64,000 nucleotides of DNA from Rhynchobatus australiae (Eukaryota). How positions within the stretch are numbered: the stretch's first letter is position 1; the number at the start of each line of letters is the position of its first letter. The DNA lies in the NCBI GenBank assembly GCA_034780895.1, contig JAUZTB010000001.1:94151131-94215130 (forward strand), in the 5' to 3' direction. This document shows, one piece after another, positions 1 through 11,399 of the stretch. The position numbers and the translations under genes are program-made. The notes under the pieces were generated by a model, which saw nothing but the letters and a program-made list of their open reading frames with translations, made no database searches and was not told where the DNA came from.

Positions 1-132
1 CTACCCTATCCACCTGTGAGGCAACTTTCAGGGATCTGTGGATATGGACCCCCAGATCCCTCTGCTCCTCCACACTATCAGGAATCCTGCCATGAACTTT
101 GTATTCTGCCTTGGAGTTTATCCTTCCAAAGT
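1..132 (-). mobile_element. CR1-clade LINE ORF2 fragment
   Basis: Reverse complement matches the gagcagagggatctgggggtccatatccacagatccctgaaagttgcc segment shared with other CR1 copies here (e.g. ~1545-1600). Confidence 0.8.
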
Positions 133-514
133 GATGAGAACAATGGTTTTGTTTTGAATGTTTCCCAGAGGTAAATTTTTAAAAGAAGCCCACACTGTAT
201 CAAAGTACAGAGGAAGTCCCCAGTGCAGAATTTATTCAGTGTCAGGGATGGATTGAGCCATTGTTGCTGTCTTTTGTGCTCCTGCACACTCTCCTTTATG
301 CTTGGCTCGCTCTCTCTCATTGTTCAGTAATCTGATCTCATTCCATCATCCCAGTTTAAGTAAATTTATAAGTGTCCTGTTTTTTGATGGTCAGCACTTG
401 GATAAAAATCTTTAGTTCATGATCATTGATTCCTATGGTCTTTTCCCTCAGTAGGCTTCTTACATCGCTGATGAAGCTTTTTGAAAAAGCTACTAAATTG
501 GCAATTAGCTGTTG

Positions 515-1045
515 TAAAGTCCATGTGGACAACATCTACTACCCTACCCTTGTTGATCATCTTTGTCATTTCCTCAGAAAAACTCAATCAAATTTGTGAG
601 ACGGGAACTCGCCCATACAAGCCATGATGACTTTCCCCAATGAGTCCATGCTTTTCTAAATGTGAGTAAATCCTGACAATAAGAATCTTCAATAATTTCC
701 CTACCACTGATGTAAGACTCACTGGCCAATTGCTGACTACCAATGCAAAGAACTCATTAAGGACCTCACCCACTTCCTGTGGCTCTACTCATAAATTCCC
801 TCCTTTGTCCTTGAGTGGATCTACTTTTTCCCGAGCTACCTTCTTGCACATGATAGATGTATAAAATGCCTTGAAACTCTAATTCTACTTGCCAAGGACA
901 TTTCATGGCCCCTCACTGAAACTTCAACCACCTGGGAAGGCTCATTCCCCAATATAAAATCTCGTACGGTCTCATCCCCAATGTAAAGTCTAGTACTGCC
1001 TCATCCCTCGTTAGACTATCTATATATTGGTAAAGAAACCAACCC
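515..1045 (-). mobile_element. CR1-clade LINE fragment (endonuclease piece plus pre-RT/RT start), internally deleted
   Basis: Minus-strand translations include FLYQYIDSLTRDEAVLDF/ILGNEPSQVVEVSV (CR1 endonuclease), EVLNEFFALV and NWPVSLTSVVGKLLKIL...HLEKHGLIGESHHG. Confidence 0.85.
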
Positions 1046-1100
1046 CCCCCCCCGCCTAACAAATCCGGCCCCATCTAGGCCAATAGGCCAATGGCCTGAC

Positions 1101-2055
1101 TGGACTTTAGTGAAGCATATGAAAAGGTCCCTCATGGTAGGCTGGTCTAGAAGATTGAGTCACATGGGATCCATGGTGAGTTGGTAAGTTGGATACAAAC
1201 TTCACTTGGTGATAGAAACAGAGGATTGTGGTGGATGACTCTTTCTCTGACTGGAGGTCTGTGACTTGTGGTATTCCACAAGGATCAATGGTGGGACCTC
1301 TTATCTGGATGAAAATATTGATGGGCTGATCCTTCAGTGTACAGACAGCATGAAAGTTGCTGAAGTTGTGGATAGTGAGGAAGGTCATACGATGATACGG
1401 CAGGATATGGATCAGTTGGAAATTTGGGCAGAGAAATAGCAGATGGAGTTTAATCCAGACAAGGTTAAGGTGTTGCATTTTGAGAGGTCAAATACAAGAG
1501 GAATGTATACAGTAAATGGCAGGGACCTTTGGAGCATTGCTGTACAGAGGGATCTTGGGATGCAAGTCCGTGGTTTCCTGAAAGTGGCAACACAAGAGGA
1601 TAGGTTGGTAAAGAAGGCATGCAGCATGCTCACCTTCATTGGTCAGGGCATTGAGTATAATAGTTGGCAAGTCATGTTGCAGCTGTATAAAACTTTAGTT
1701 AGGCCACATTTGGAGTATTGTGTGCATTTCTGGTTGCCACATTACAGGAAGGATGTGGAGGCTTTGGAGAGGGTGCAGAAGTTGTTCACTGGGATGTTGC
1801 CTCGATTGGAGAGTATTCCCTAGAAGGAGAGGTTGGACAAATTTGGATAGTTTTCTCTCGAGTGTCGGAGGCTGAGAGGTGACCTGACAGACTTATATAA
1901 AATCATGAGATAGGGTAGATAGAGTACGTTTTCCAAAATGGAAATCTCAAATACTGTAGAGCATGGTTTAGATTTAGTTTGGATTGGCATCATGGTTGGT
2001 GTAGACATGGTGGGCTGAAGTGCCTTTTCTTGCACTGTTGTGTTTTTGTTCTGTT
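1101..2055 (+). mobile_element. CR1-clade (HER1-like) LINE, RT and 3' tail, degenerate
   Basis: ORF 1443-1823 MEFNPDKVKVLHF...QRDLG...LYKTLVRPHLEYCVHFWLPHY...ALERVQ. Ends in the tgggctgaag..cc tail. Confidence 0.93.
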
Positions 2056-5000
2056 ATCACACCAAAGGTCAAGAGGAGACGTTTAGGAGGAAGGTTTCAA
2101 AGTTTTAAAGCAATAACTGCTACAAGCTATAAATAGCATTGAATGTGCGTAGTTATGAATATAGTGAGCACAATTATAATTCTATTTTTATCCATTAGAC
2201 TGGTATATGAGGGTCAAGAAGTCTGTATGGGTTGTTAGCATGTGCATGGCCTTGGTTACTGGCAACCAATTAACCCATTGTGTTTGGAATGACAGTGAAG
2301 GGAAATAATTTTTTAAAAAATCATTTCACAAAGCACACAAGTTGCTGAGGATTTTCTACATCTAAGGGTGGAGTTATCTCCATTTCACACTTGTTCCCCC
2401 CTCCCCCGCTATTGGCAGATTCTCCCTGAAGTGCGACTGAGGTGATAGGATAAGACTGCTACTCACTCGCTTGTAATAGCTTTGCACAAATGTTCAGTCT
2501 TTCAGCTTACAAATAAGAAGTGTTAATGCATGCCAACAATAATTTCTGGGGAAATTTCTGGGGCACTAAAATGAGAAATTACTGGAAATGGCAGGTCCGT
2601 GGTGTCATTGCCAAAGTACCTGAGTTCCCAAGCAGAGTGATGTTCAGGTCTGTTGCTATTGGGAACGTCCATGAGGGCCCTGACATTCTTGGTCCTGAAC
2701 TTCATACTGAGAGGTAAAATTGTCTGTGCCTGAATTCTAGGCTGCATGCATTGCAGCCTCATTGAGCTTGTGGTGAGAGGAAGAACTTAAGACCTACAAA
2801 CTTACAGTTAAATACTTTAAGTACCTTTCTTTACTGGCTGAAAAGTTTCGTGGTCATGCCTTGCTGGGGTTGTCACTGATCTGCTAAAATTCCCATTCTG
2901 ACTTTCAGAAGAAGTGAAAATCCAAAGGTTTGAAATTTGAAATGATAAAATCTAGATTAATTAAATGAAACCAGAGTGCTCCCTTGTTTTCGGAACCTTG
3001 CCAGCATCGCCAGAAAGTGTAAAAAGTAAACAAAGTGGGAATGAAGATGAAGAGAATTGAGACAAAAGAAACTTAAGATAGGATTGACAAGGTCTGGTAA
3101 GCAGTTTTTAGTCAGAGCAGCTCAAAAGTAAATGATAGTGTTGGTAGATGTGCACTTTTCTGAAGTTCGAACACAAATCCTGAATCACCAGAGAATGCTG
3201 CACTTTTTTTTCATCAAAACCTTTTTGTAAGTGTCAACAGTATAATAGTCCTTTGTGGATGTAATTTGGGATGGTATTGTGGAAAAAAAAATTCAGCTCC
3301 ATGTATTAACTTCTCTTGGCTTCATCAGCATTACAGCTGTTAAACTANNNNNNNNNNNNNNNNNNNNNNNNNNNNNNNNNNNNNNNNNNNNNNNNNNNNN
3401 NNNNNNNNNNNNNNNNNNNNNNNNNNNNNNNNNNNNNNNNNNNNNNNNNNNNNNNNNNNNNNNNNNNNNNNNNNNNNNNNNNNNNNNNNNNNNNNNNNNN
3501 NNNNNNNNNNNNNNNNNNNNNNNNNNNNNNNNNNNNNNNNNNNNNNNNNNNNNNNNNNNNNNNNNNNNNNNNNNNNNNNNNNNNNNNNNNNNNNNNNNNN
3601 NNNNNNNNNNNNNNNNNNNNNNNNNNNNNNNNNNNNNNNNNNNNNNNNNNNNNNNNNNNNNNNNNNNNNNNNNNNNNNNCTCAGTTATTTGTTACTTGCA
3701 TCTTATTTATGAGAATGGGAAGATGGGATGATCATAAGAAGTACTTTACCATATGAACGTTGCAAACACTCTCCTCAATATTTGATGTAGAATTTACTTA
3801 TTTCTACAATGTACACAATGGGTTTTCTCTGGACACTTGCACCTTTTCGCTAACTTCATAATTACATGGAATTATCTGCATTCTTTTGAATGTTTTCTCT
3901 ATGACCAGTAAAAATGTGAAGAAAACAGAGTGGAAGAATGGATTATTGCCTTTTATATTGCCCCAATGGTCTCCCATTTGCAGAATAAATGTTTATTAAA
4001 GAAATAATAAAATGGCAGTTCAGTCATACATCAATAAAATGATTCATATGAGTGCTTGAACTGGTCTATTAATTTTGCTAATATAGAGCCAATGATCCCA
4101 TTGATTGTTACTAGCAACAGTACTTCCATTTGACAGCTTTACATTTCTCCAAAGGAACTGCTTGACAGGCCATTGCCTTACTCTGCTGACTTCATTTACG
4201 ATGATCATAAATGCAGACCTCCTTTAATTCATTCATGACAGCAAGGTGCATAGATTATAAAATCCTTGGACACGTTTGCCTTGAAGTTGGATTTTTGTGC
4301 CATGTTATTCAATTTCAATGGAAAAATAAAAGGCAATGGAAAATTGTGGTCATATTGCACATGGCACAAAATCTACAATTTTCTTTCCAGATCCTCTGTG
4401 AATCTGAGATGCAAGTGCATGAAAGCCCAGACACGCAGTTGGATCCAAAGATCACTCATGTGGAAGCAGATCTTCACAACCCTTCTGAGACATGTGACAG
4501 CATTAGCTAAAGATCAGAATTCTTTCACAAACCTGTCAGTTTTTCAAGCCAAGTGTTTCTGTGCTGCCTTCAGTTCCTCTTCAACAAAGTTTTTAGATTT
4601 GCTTTATTGTAAGCTTCTCACTGCATTTTAAGCTTTTGCTCTTTACTTATTTTGCCTGGTGCTCTGCCTGAATGTTTGTAGCTTGGGCATTGCTCTGTGC
4701 AGTGCCTGGATGGATTTTCAGGGGGTTGAATCGCAGTTGCTTGATCTACTCCACTTGGGTGGGTAGCTGATTGTGCTTCTTGGTGACTGAGCTCATTTAT
4801 CTCCAGGATTATCTCCAGTCAAGAGAGTTCACTTTATTGATCCTGAGGATAATGTGTTACACGGAGTTAGGCCATGGAACCTGAATGAAGGGCAAAGAGA
4901 CCGCTGATGGGTCCCATCAACAATTGGATATTTCATATCAGGGTCACTACTTGGTTCTGTTCCTGCCCCAGCACTTGCGATCTTAAAAGCCCTTCCACGG

Positions 5001-8000
5001 AGCATCGGGCCAGGCCCATGGTTTGAGGGCGGCCTTTGGTGATGCTTTTCCTATCTTCTGACAAATAGGACAGATGGGCATCATGTTCTCAACATCGGTG
5101 TCAATTTTCAGCCACCACACACAGCTTCTCGCAAGTGCCTTCATTCTAACCACACCAGGGTGAGCATCGTGCAGGTCGCGGAGTACGTGCTTGTGGCCTT
5201 GAGAGGGAACCACTACTCGACTGCCCTGTAATATGCAGCCATCCTGTCGGTTCAGTTTATGTTGGCGATTTGTAAATAGTTGAAATTGGGGTGAAGGGGT
5301 GGCGGGATAATCAACCTGTAGTGCTCTTTTACCTCTGATAGAAGTGGATCATGGGCTGTTCACTGCCTAATGAGGTGACTTTTGATTGGTGTTTCATCTC
5401 GACTTTGAAACAGGTGAACAACCTCGAACGGAGGGGTGCCAGATGTTGTACCCTCAACAATTGGTAATCTGCTTCAGGCGTCGGCAATGACATTTTTATT
5501 TCCGGGGGTATACTTCATTGTGTAGGAGTAAGCGGATGAGGTCAATGCCCATCATTGCATTCTCAGTGAGGACATTTGTTGGATACCTTGTGTCTCCCCC
5601 CATTAAGCCTAACAGAGGCTTATGATCTGTGTGGATTTCAAGAGGCCACCTGAATATGTATAAGTGGAACCACTTGATGCCAAATACAATGGCTCGGGCT
5701 TCTCAGCAGAGCTGTGAATAATTTGTCACTGCCTGAGACATTGTCTTTGAAGTGAAAGCAATAGGCACCTCTGTTCCACGGCATTCGATGTAGGAGGGCG
5801 GCCCTGACCCCATACGGTGAGGTGTCACATTTCATGACTTTAGGTTTCTCGGGATCGTAATGCACCAAAACACAGACGAAGAACTGAAGGCAGTTGTTTG
5901 TTCAAATGCCTGTTGCTCAATTCTTGACCGTTCCCAGTGTTGGTCCTTCTGGAGTATTCGGTATTAGGGCTTTAACACTGTCGCACCAGTTGTAATCCGT
6001 GACTAGTCCCAGGAATGAGTGTAACTGCGTCATGTTTTGTGGATGTGGAGCCTCTTTTAAGGCTTTGATTTTGTACTCCTGCAGATAGAGACCGGTTTTG
6101 TTGACTTCGAAGCCCAGGTTATCGATTGTGTCAGCCAAACCGTGCGTTTCTCCTTCTTTAGGGTAAAGCTGGCTTCCTCCAAACAGGAAGTACTCTGTCT
6201 CATGTCACAAGATGATGGGACTCTGATACTGGTTACTAAAATATCATCAAGGTGAGAACAGACGTGAGGAATATCCTTCACTAAATTATCAATGAGGCAT
6301 TGGAATATTCCAGGTGCAGAATTCACTCCAAATAGCAGCCGCTTGTACCGAAACAGGCCTCTGTGTGTATTGATTGTTGTAATTGATTGTAGGTGTGTTT
6401 CAGGTCTGGCATTGACAACTGTTGTCCTCCTGACAGGGATGCATACAAGTCCTCGATCCATGGCAGTCGATATGCGTTCAGTTTTGTCACGGGGTTTGCG
6501 GTCAGTTTGTAGTCGCTGCAGGTGCGCGCTGATGCATCGGACTTGAGGACGGCTTCTGTCGGAGCCGCCCACTCTGAGTACTGCACCAGCTCAGTCACCT
6601 TTGCCCTCTGTAGGCAGTCAAGTTCTTCTTCTACCTCTGGGGCCACAGCATAGGGCACCAGGCGAGCCTTGTAAAACTTCGGCTGGCAGTTCTCCTTAAA
6701 TTTGAACTTGACCATGGCATTGACCCGAAGCCCTGTCTTGGAATGCATACTGGTGCTTTTGTAGTAAAGTGTTCAGTGCAGGGCTTCCCCCGATACAACT
6801 GATGTAGGATAGCACTGATGGAATGTTTTTAATCCAGTTGCTGTCCAGCAAATTAGGCCGTTGTCCTCCCCTGACAACATGCACCAATAAGTGGAACAGG
6901 TCTCCATGATGAACCACTTCTGCCGTGAATACGCCACGTACATCGATACTGTCTCCAGTGTAGCTGTGAAACATCGAACTTGGAGGTTTCTAGTTCTGGA
7001 ATCCGGTATAAAGATGCTTCGCATACCAAGGTGACGGCCGACCCGATATCCAGCTCAGATTTCACGGGCTGGTGTCCACTGTGAGCATAACCAAATGCGG
7101 AGGCTGGTTCTGGTTGCCCAGTTCATGGGTTTGGAAGATGGTGTCTACTTCGCAGCGGCCGTCTCCTTGGGTGGAGTTGATGGTTGAATTCTGTCGCTTT
7201 CCCGCAGCGCGCTGCTTTGTGAAACACAGCTCCTCAAGGTGCCCTACCTTCTGACAGAACTGGCAGACAGTCTTTTGATGCTTGCATTCGGATCACTGGA
7301 CATGACTTTCACCACAGCGATGGCATCTCTGTGAAGGCTGACGTAACTTTGACTGGGAGCTGTGGGTCAGCAATCGCTGGCGAACATTGACATTTTCGTG
7401 ATGGGGCTCTTGCTCCACTACTACCTGAATGAGTGGTGCTGGGGTCAGTTGAATCTGTGTAAGGCCTCTCTTGACTGTCTCCCTGTGATGAGCTGTGGAG
7501 CATGCTTTGTCCCAGGACAAGTCGTGATTTTCGGACAGGAGGTTCTCACATATTTTCTCATCATAGAATCCGATAATCAATGCTTGGATGAGCATCGCTT
7601 CTTCGAATTTGTTCATTTGGATGTCTTTGTACTTGCATCCCTGCACGGCCGGAGTTAACCTTGTGATAATCTATGTTGTCATTGGGGATCTGCCACAGCC
7701 GCGAGANNNNNNNNNNNNNNNNNNNNNNNNNNNNNNNNNNNNNNNNNNNNNNNNNNNNNNNNNNNNNNNNNNNNNNNNNNNNNNNNNNNNNNNNNNNNNN
7801 NNNNNNGTGAGCATAACCAAATGCGGAGGCTGGTTCTGGTTGCCCAGTTCATGAGTTGGGAAGATGGTGTCTCCTTCGCAGCGGCCGTCTCCTTGGGTGG
7901 AGTTGATGGTTGAATTCTGTCGCTTTCCGGCAGCGCGCTGCTTTGTGAAGCACAACTTCTCACAGTGCCCTACCTTCTGACAGAACTGGCAGATGGTCTT

Positions 8001-8751
8001 CTGATGCTTGCAGTTGGACCACTGGACATGACTTTCACCACAGCGATGGCATCTCTGTGAAGTCTGACGTGACTTTGACTGGGAGCTGTGGGTCAGCAAT
8101 CGCTGGCGAATATTGACGTTTTTGGGATGGGGCTCTCATTCCATTACTGCCTTGAATAAGTGGTGCTGGGGTCAGTTGAATCTGTGTAAGGCCTCTCTTG
8201 ACTGTCTCCCTGTGACGAGCTGTGGAACACGCTTTGTCCCAGACAGGTTGTGCTTTTCAGACAGGAGGTTCTCACGTGTCTTCTCATCATAGACTCCGAT
8301 AATCAACACCTAGATAAGCATTGCTTCTTCGAATTTGTTCACAGGGATATCTTTGTACTTGCATTCCTGCACGGCCAGAGTTAATCTTGTGATGAAATCA
8401 TCTATGTTGTCATCAGGGATCTGCTGCAGCTGCGAGAACCTGAAGTGTGCCATAAAGACCTTGTCCTGCGTCCCCCAAACGTCGTCTGAAGCCTCAAACG
8501 CACTGGTCAATTCAGCTTTGTTCTGTAAGTGCAGAGCGACGAAGTATTTCTGCCCGACTTCTCCCAAGCGCATGCGAAGCAGCTTGAGTTTCATTGCTTC
8601 CTCCAGTTCCGCCATCAGTGTTAAAATTGGTGGAAGTTCGGTGTAGTCCTGGAAGGTTTTCCAACATTGCAGCCAGGTTTCCAGTGTTGGTTTTGCCATA
8701 GTTACCCAAAGTGGATTGGGTGCCTGAAGTAGAAGGACCATTCTTGCGTTG

Positions 8752-8765
8752 ATCCTTGTCAACCA
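8752..8765 (-). promoter_or_regulatory. Degenerate primer-binding site, probably tRNA-Ser(GCT)
   Basis: TGGTTGACAAGGAT resembles TGGCGACGAGGAT, the complement of the tRNA-Ser(GCT) 3' end, and sits directly after the LTR CA end. Confidence 0.6.
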
Positions 8766-8767
8766 AT

Positions 8768-9110
8768 TGTTATGTATGCACAGAGTAAGAAAGACAAGAG
8801 GCAGTGGAATAAATATTTTTACTGAGTCATGTTAACCAAAGTAAAGAAACTAAGCAACTTACAGTTGTAGATCGAGAAGGCTGATGGAGACCAAAAAGCA
8901 CGCGAGTCCCCGAAGTCTCGTGCCAAAAGTAACATTCCTCACGTAGGAGAGCATCACTGCTCTGTGGAGTGATCGACTGGCAGGCGCACGCATGTGTACA
9001 GGCGCGTGAATGTGTACTTGCCATGTTCTCGCAATCGATCCACCAAGCGATCGACCGACAAGCACACACATGCATGTTCGCCACCTTCCTCGTACGGTTC
9101 AGGGTACACA
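8768..9110 (-). repeat. Putative 5' LTR of the Gypsy element
   Basis: On the minus strand it ends ...CATACATAACA, 2 nt before the PBS. It has an AGTAAA signal, is CpG-rich and has an internal direct repeat (gatcgac..gc(g/a)cac(g/a)catg at ~8970 and ~9049). The outer boundary is uncertain. Confidence 0.65.
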
Positions 9111-9350
9111 GATGCAAATTAATGGGCAAAAGGCAGAAGAGGAAATATGAGGGAAGTTTTGTTCATGTGGAGTTATGCTCAGGAATTTATTGCCAGTAAA
9201 GTTGAAGGAAGCAGGGCTTTCAAAGGGGAAAATGATTTGCAGTGCTACAGGGAAACAGCTGGGGAATGAGACGGAATCAATTGCTCTACAAAGAGTCAGT
9301 GTAGTCTCAATGAGATGAATGGCTGCTTCCTGAACTACAACAATTGTATC
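9111..9350 (+). mobile_element. Old CR1-type 3' tail
   Basis: Degenerate match to the CR1/SINE tail seen elsewhere (attgctct..aagag(c/t)cag..tag(a/t)ctc.atg.g.tgaatggc), e.g. 56320-56365. Confidence 0.5.
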
Positions 9351-10597
9351 ATGAGGTTCTGAGATGTGCAAAATTCTGTTGTGTTTTATCCGGCCTGCAA
9401 AAATACTGAAATAGATCCTAAGCAGAGGGTTAAGAGATTGTGTGTTGGTGAAGGTAGAACTGTCCCTGGACTAGAGACCAGTGTCTGAGGTATTTATCTT
9501 CCTCATGCTGTGACCTTCCCATTTAATCCCACCAAGTCCTCTTAGTTGTTATCCACCTCCCAACACACCAACCATTTGCCTGATTTCTCCACCCTCCGTG
9601 GCCCCTTTAATTTTCCATCACCTCTAACTGTGAAACCCCATCCTTACCTTGCTGCTCATGTGCTATTTCCAAACCCTCCCTCCTCTGCCTAAGATCTTAT
9701 CCCTCACAATCGTTTGCAAGACCATATTCCTGACATCTGCCCTCAATTCTCCCAGACGTCAACTTGACCCACCCCAGCCCACATTCAATACTCTCTCTCT
9801 CTCTGACCAGCCTGCCTGACTCATCCCCCTATCAACGCCACTCAGCATTATCCTGCCTCCAAATTTACACATACCACACAATCTCCCACAACTCCAATCA
9901 TACCAAGGAATCCTCTCTGCAAGTCCTCTCAACCTTTGCCTGCACCAAACATCTGCTCCACATCCCCCCCCCGCCACCCCACCCCACCAATCATCTACTT
10001 TTATTTCTTCCTCCTGCGGCTAAGTGATACTGGCAAATCCAACGTTGATGTCAGTGAGTAACTGCCCCTCGATGGCACTCTTGATGACATCTTCCATCAC
10101 TTTGCTGATGATTGAGAGGAGACTGATTGAGCAGTAATAAACTGGATTGGAGTTCTGCTTTTTAAAAGGCTGATCTTTCACTTTTCGCAGTCAGGGTTTG
10201 ATAATGTTTTAGAATGGTATTCAGCTATAAATTACCTCTGTATACTAAGCCCAAGTTAAAAGTATAGTTTCAATTCAGCTTTATCATTCCCAGTTCAAAT
10301 GTAATGCATCGTCTCTCATTCCAACAGTCTCTGCTACTTTTGCCAATGTGTTGTCTTCACAGCCCGTCAGTCCATGAATGAATGTTTTCTGCAGTGTTTG
10401 TCTGGAATAGTTTTTAATGTACACCATGAATTAACCACATGAACTCCTTTTGGATCTCTCAGGCTAGGTAAAGAGGTCTGGCCCTTTTCCATACAACAGT
10501 GTCTAGGCTTTCAGTGAAATTGCTTTCCTATGTGGACTATTATCTGCAAGTCATATAATTAATCCAATTAAGTGTTCTTTTTCTTCTCTTTCTGCAG

Positions 10598-10838
10598 AGT
10601 GTCGAAATGAGAGGCTTTTAATAAGAGAATTTGCTGGTTGTCAAATCAAGGGGAAGCTTTATTTGGGGGAGAGAAAAAGTGCTACAAGAAATTCTAGGAG
10701 CTAATCTGATTGCTGGCACAATGCTTTGAGGGAGAGGAAGACAGAAACTCATTCATCTCGGCACAGATCCCATAAGCATGCTAGCTCCTGACCTGTGAAC
10801 GGCTGCTGTGGAGTACAGAGAGAGCTGACCAGCTGAAG
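10598..10838 (+). other. FUT8: FUT8 5' UTR part of the first coding exon (whole exon 10598-11041, 444 nt)
   Basis: Strong polypyrimidine tract and acceptor (ttctttttcttctctttctgcag) ending at 10597. As recalled, the mammalian FUT8 ATG exon also carries ~230 nt of UTR. This implies upstream non-coding exon(s) that I could not identify in the window. Confidence 0.75.
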
Positions 10839-11041
10839 ATGCGACCATGGACCAGCTCCTGGCGATGGATTATGTTGATCCTTCTTGCCTGGGGGACTTT
10901 GTTGTTCTATATAGGCGGGCATTTAGTCAGAGACAGCGACCAACCAGATCGCTCCAGCAGAGAACTCTCCAAGATACTGGCAAAACTTGAACGTTTGAAG
11001 CAACAAAATGAAGATCTTCGGAGGATGGCAGAGTCTCTGAG
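10839..11041 (+). CDS. FUT8: Alpha-(1,6)-fucosyltransferase, coding exon 1 (cytoplasmic tail, type II signal anchor, first stem helix)
   Basis: [68 protein letters not shown] is nearly identical to the vertebrate FUT8 N-terminus. 203 nt, phase-2 donor AG|GTGGGT at 11042. Confidence 0.98.
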
Positions 11042-11399
11042 GTGGGTAGATGGGGGGTGTGGTCTGGCGTCTGTGAAGACTTACAAGGGAATTTTGCGTA
11101 CATTATGGTAAATAAGTCAGGAAAGAGACTGCAGTGGGGATGCATTTAACAATTAATTGTGCTAACTATTGTTTTGCAGAAATTTTCATCACCGCTTGTT
11201 AGTGAGGAAAGGGATGTTCTTGAAGTACCCAAGTGAGAGCAGGAATTAATTTATGCCTCTTAAAATATAAGTATCCCATAGATATATTTATAATACTTTA
11301 AACTGTGCCTCGGATGCTTAATATAGAGATACTGCGTGTCTAAGTGCAACTGCTTTATTTTGTGGTTCTAAATATACTGTGTTGTGCAGTGAGTTTGAT

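Larger units (their letters stand above)
4985..9110 (-). mobile_element. Ty3/Gypsy LTR retrotransposon (Mag-like), degenerate, 3'-truncated
   Basis: Minus-strand order is LTR, PBS, gag with twin CCHC knuckles (CHRCGESH..C / CQFCQKVGHCEKLC), protease (ELDIGSAVTL), RT (YSEWAAP, GLFRYKRLLFGVNSAPGIFQ, HLDDILV), RNase H (HYDPEKP..CDTSPYGV) and integrase HHCC (LHDAHPGVVRMKALARSCVWW..CPIC). Many frameshifts and stops. Confidence 0.95.

Noticed and set aside
3255-3756. Long ORFs containing X runs (also ~14000, 22000, 24000, 29000, 46100, 57100)
   Set aside because: They are artefacts of translating through N gaps.
4983-8762. Gypsy gag/pol as a domesticated or active gene
   Set aside because: It is fragmented by numerous frameshifts and stops, the protease motif is altered (DIG) and the integrase core is missing.
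11042-11111. C-terminal WVDGGCGL.. extension of the 90-aa ORF 10839-11111
   Set aside because: It is read-through past the splice donor at 11042. FUT8 similarity ends exactly there and resumes at 60966.
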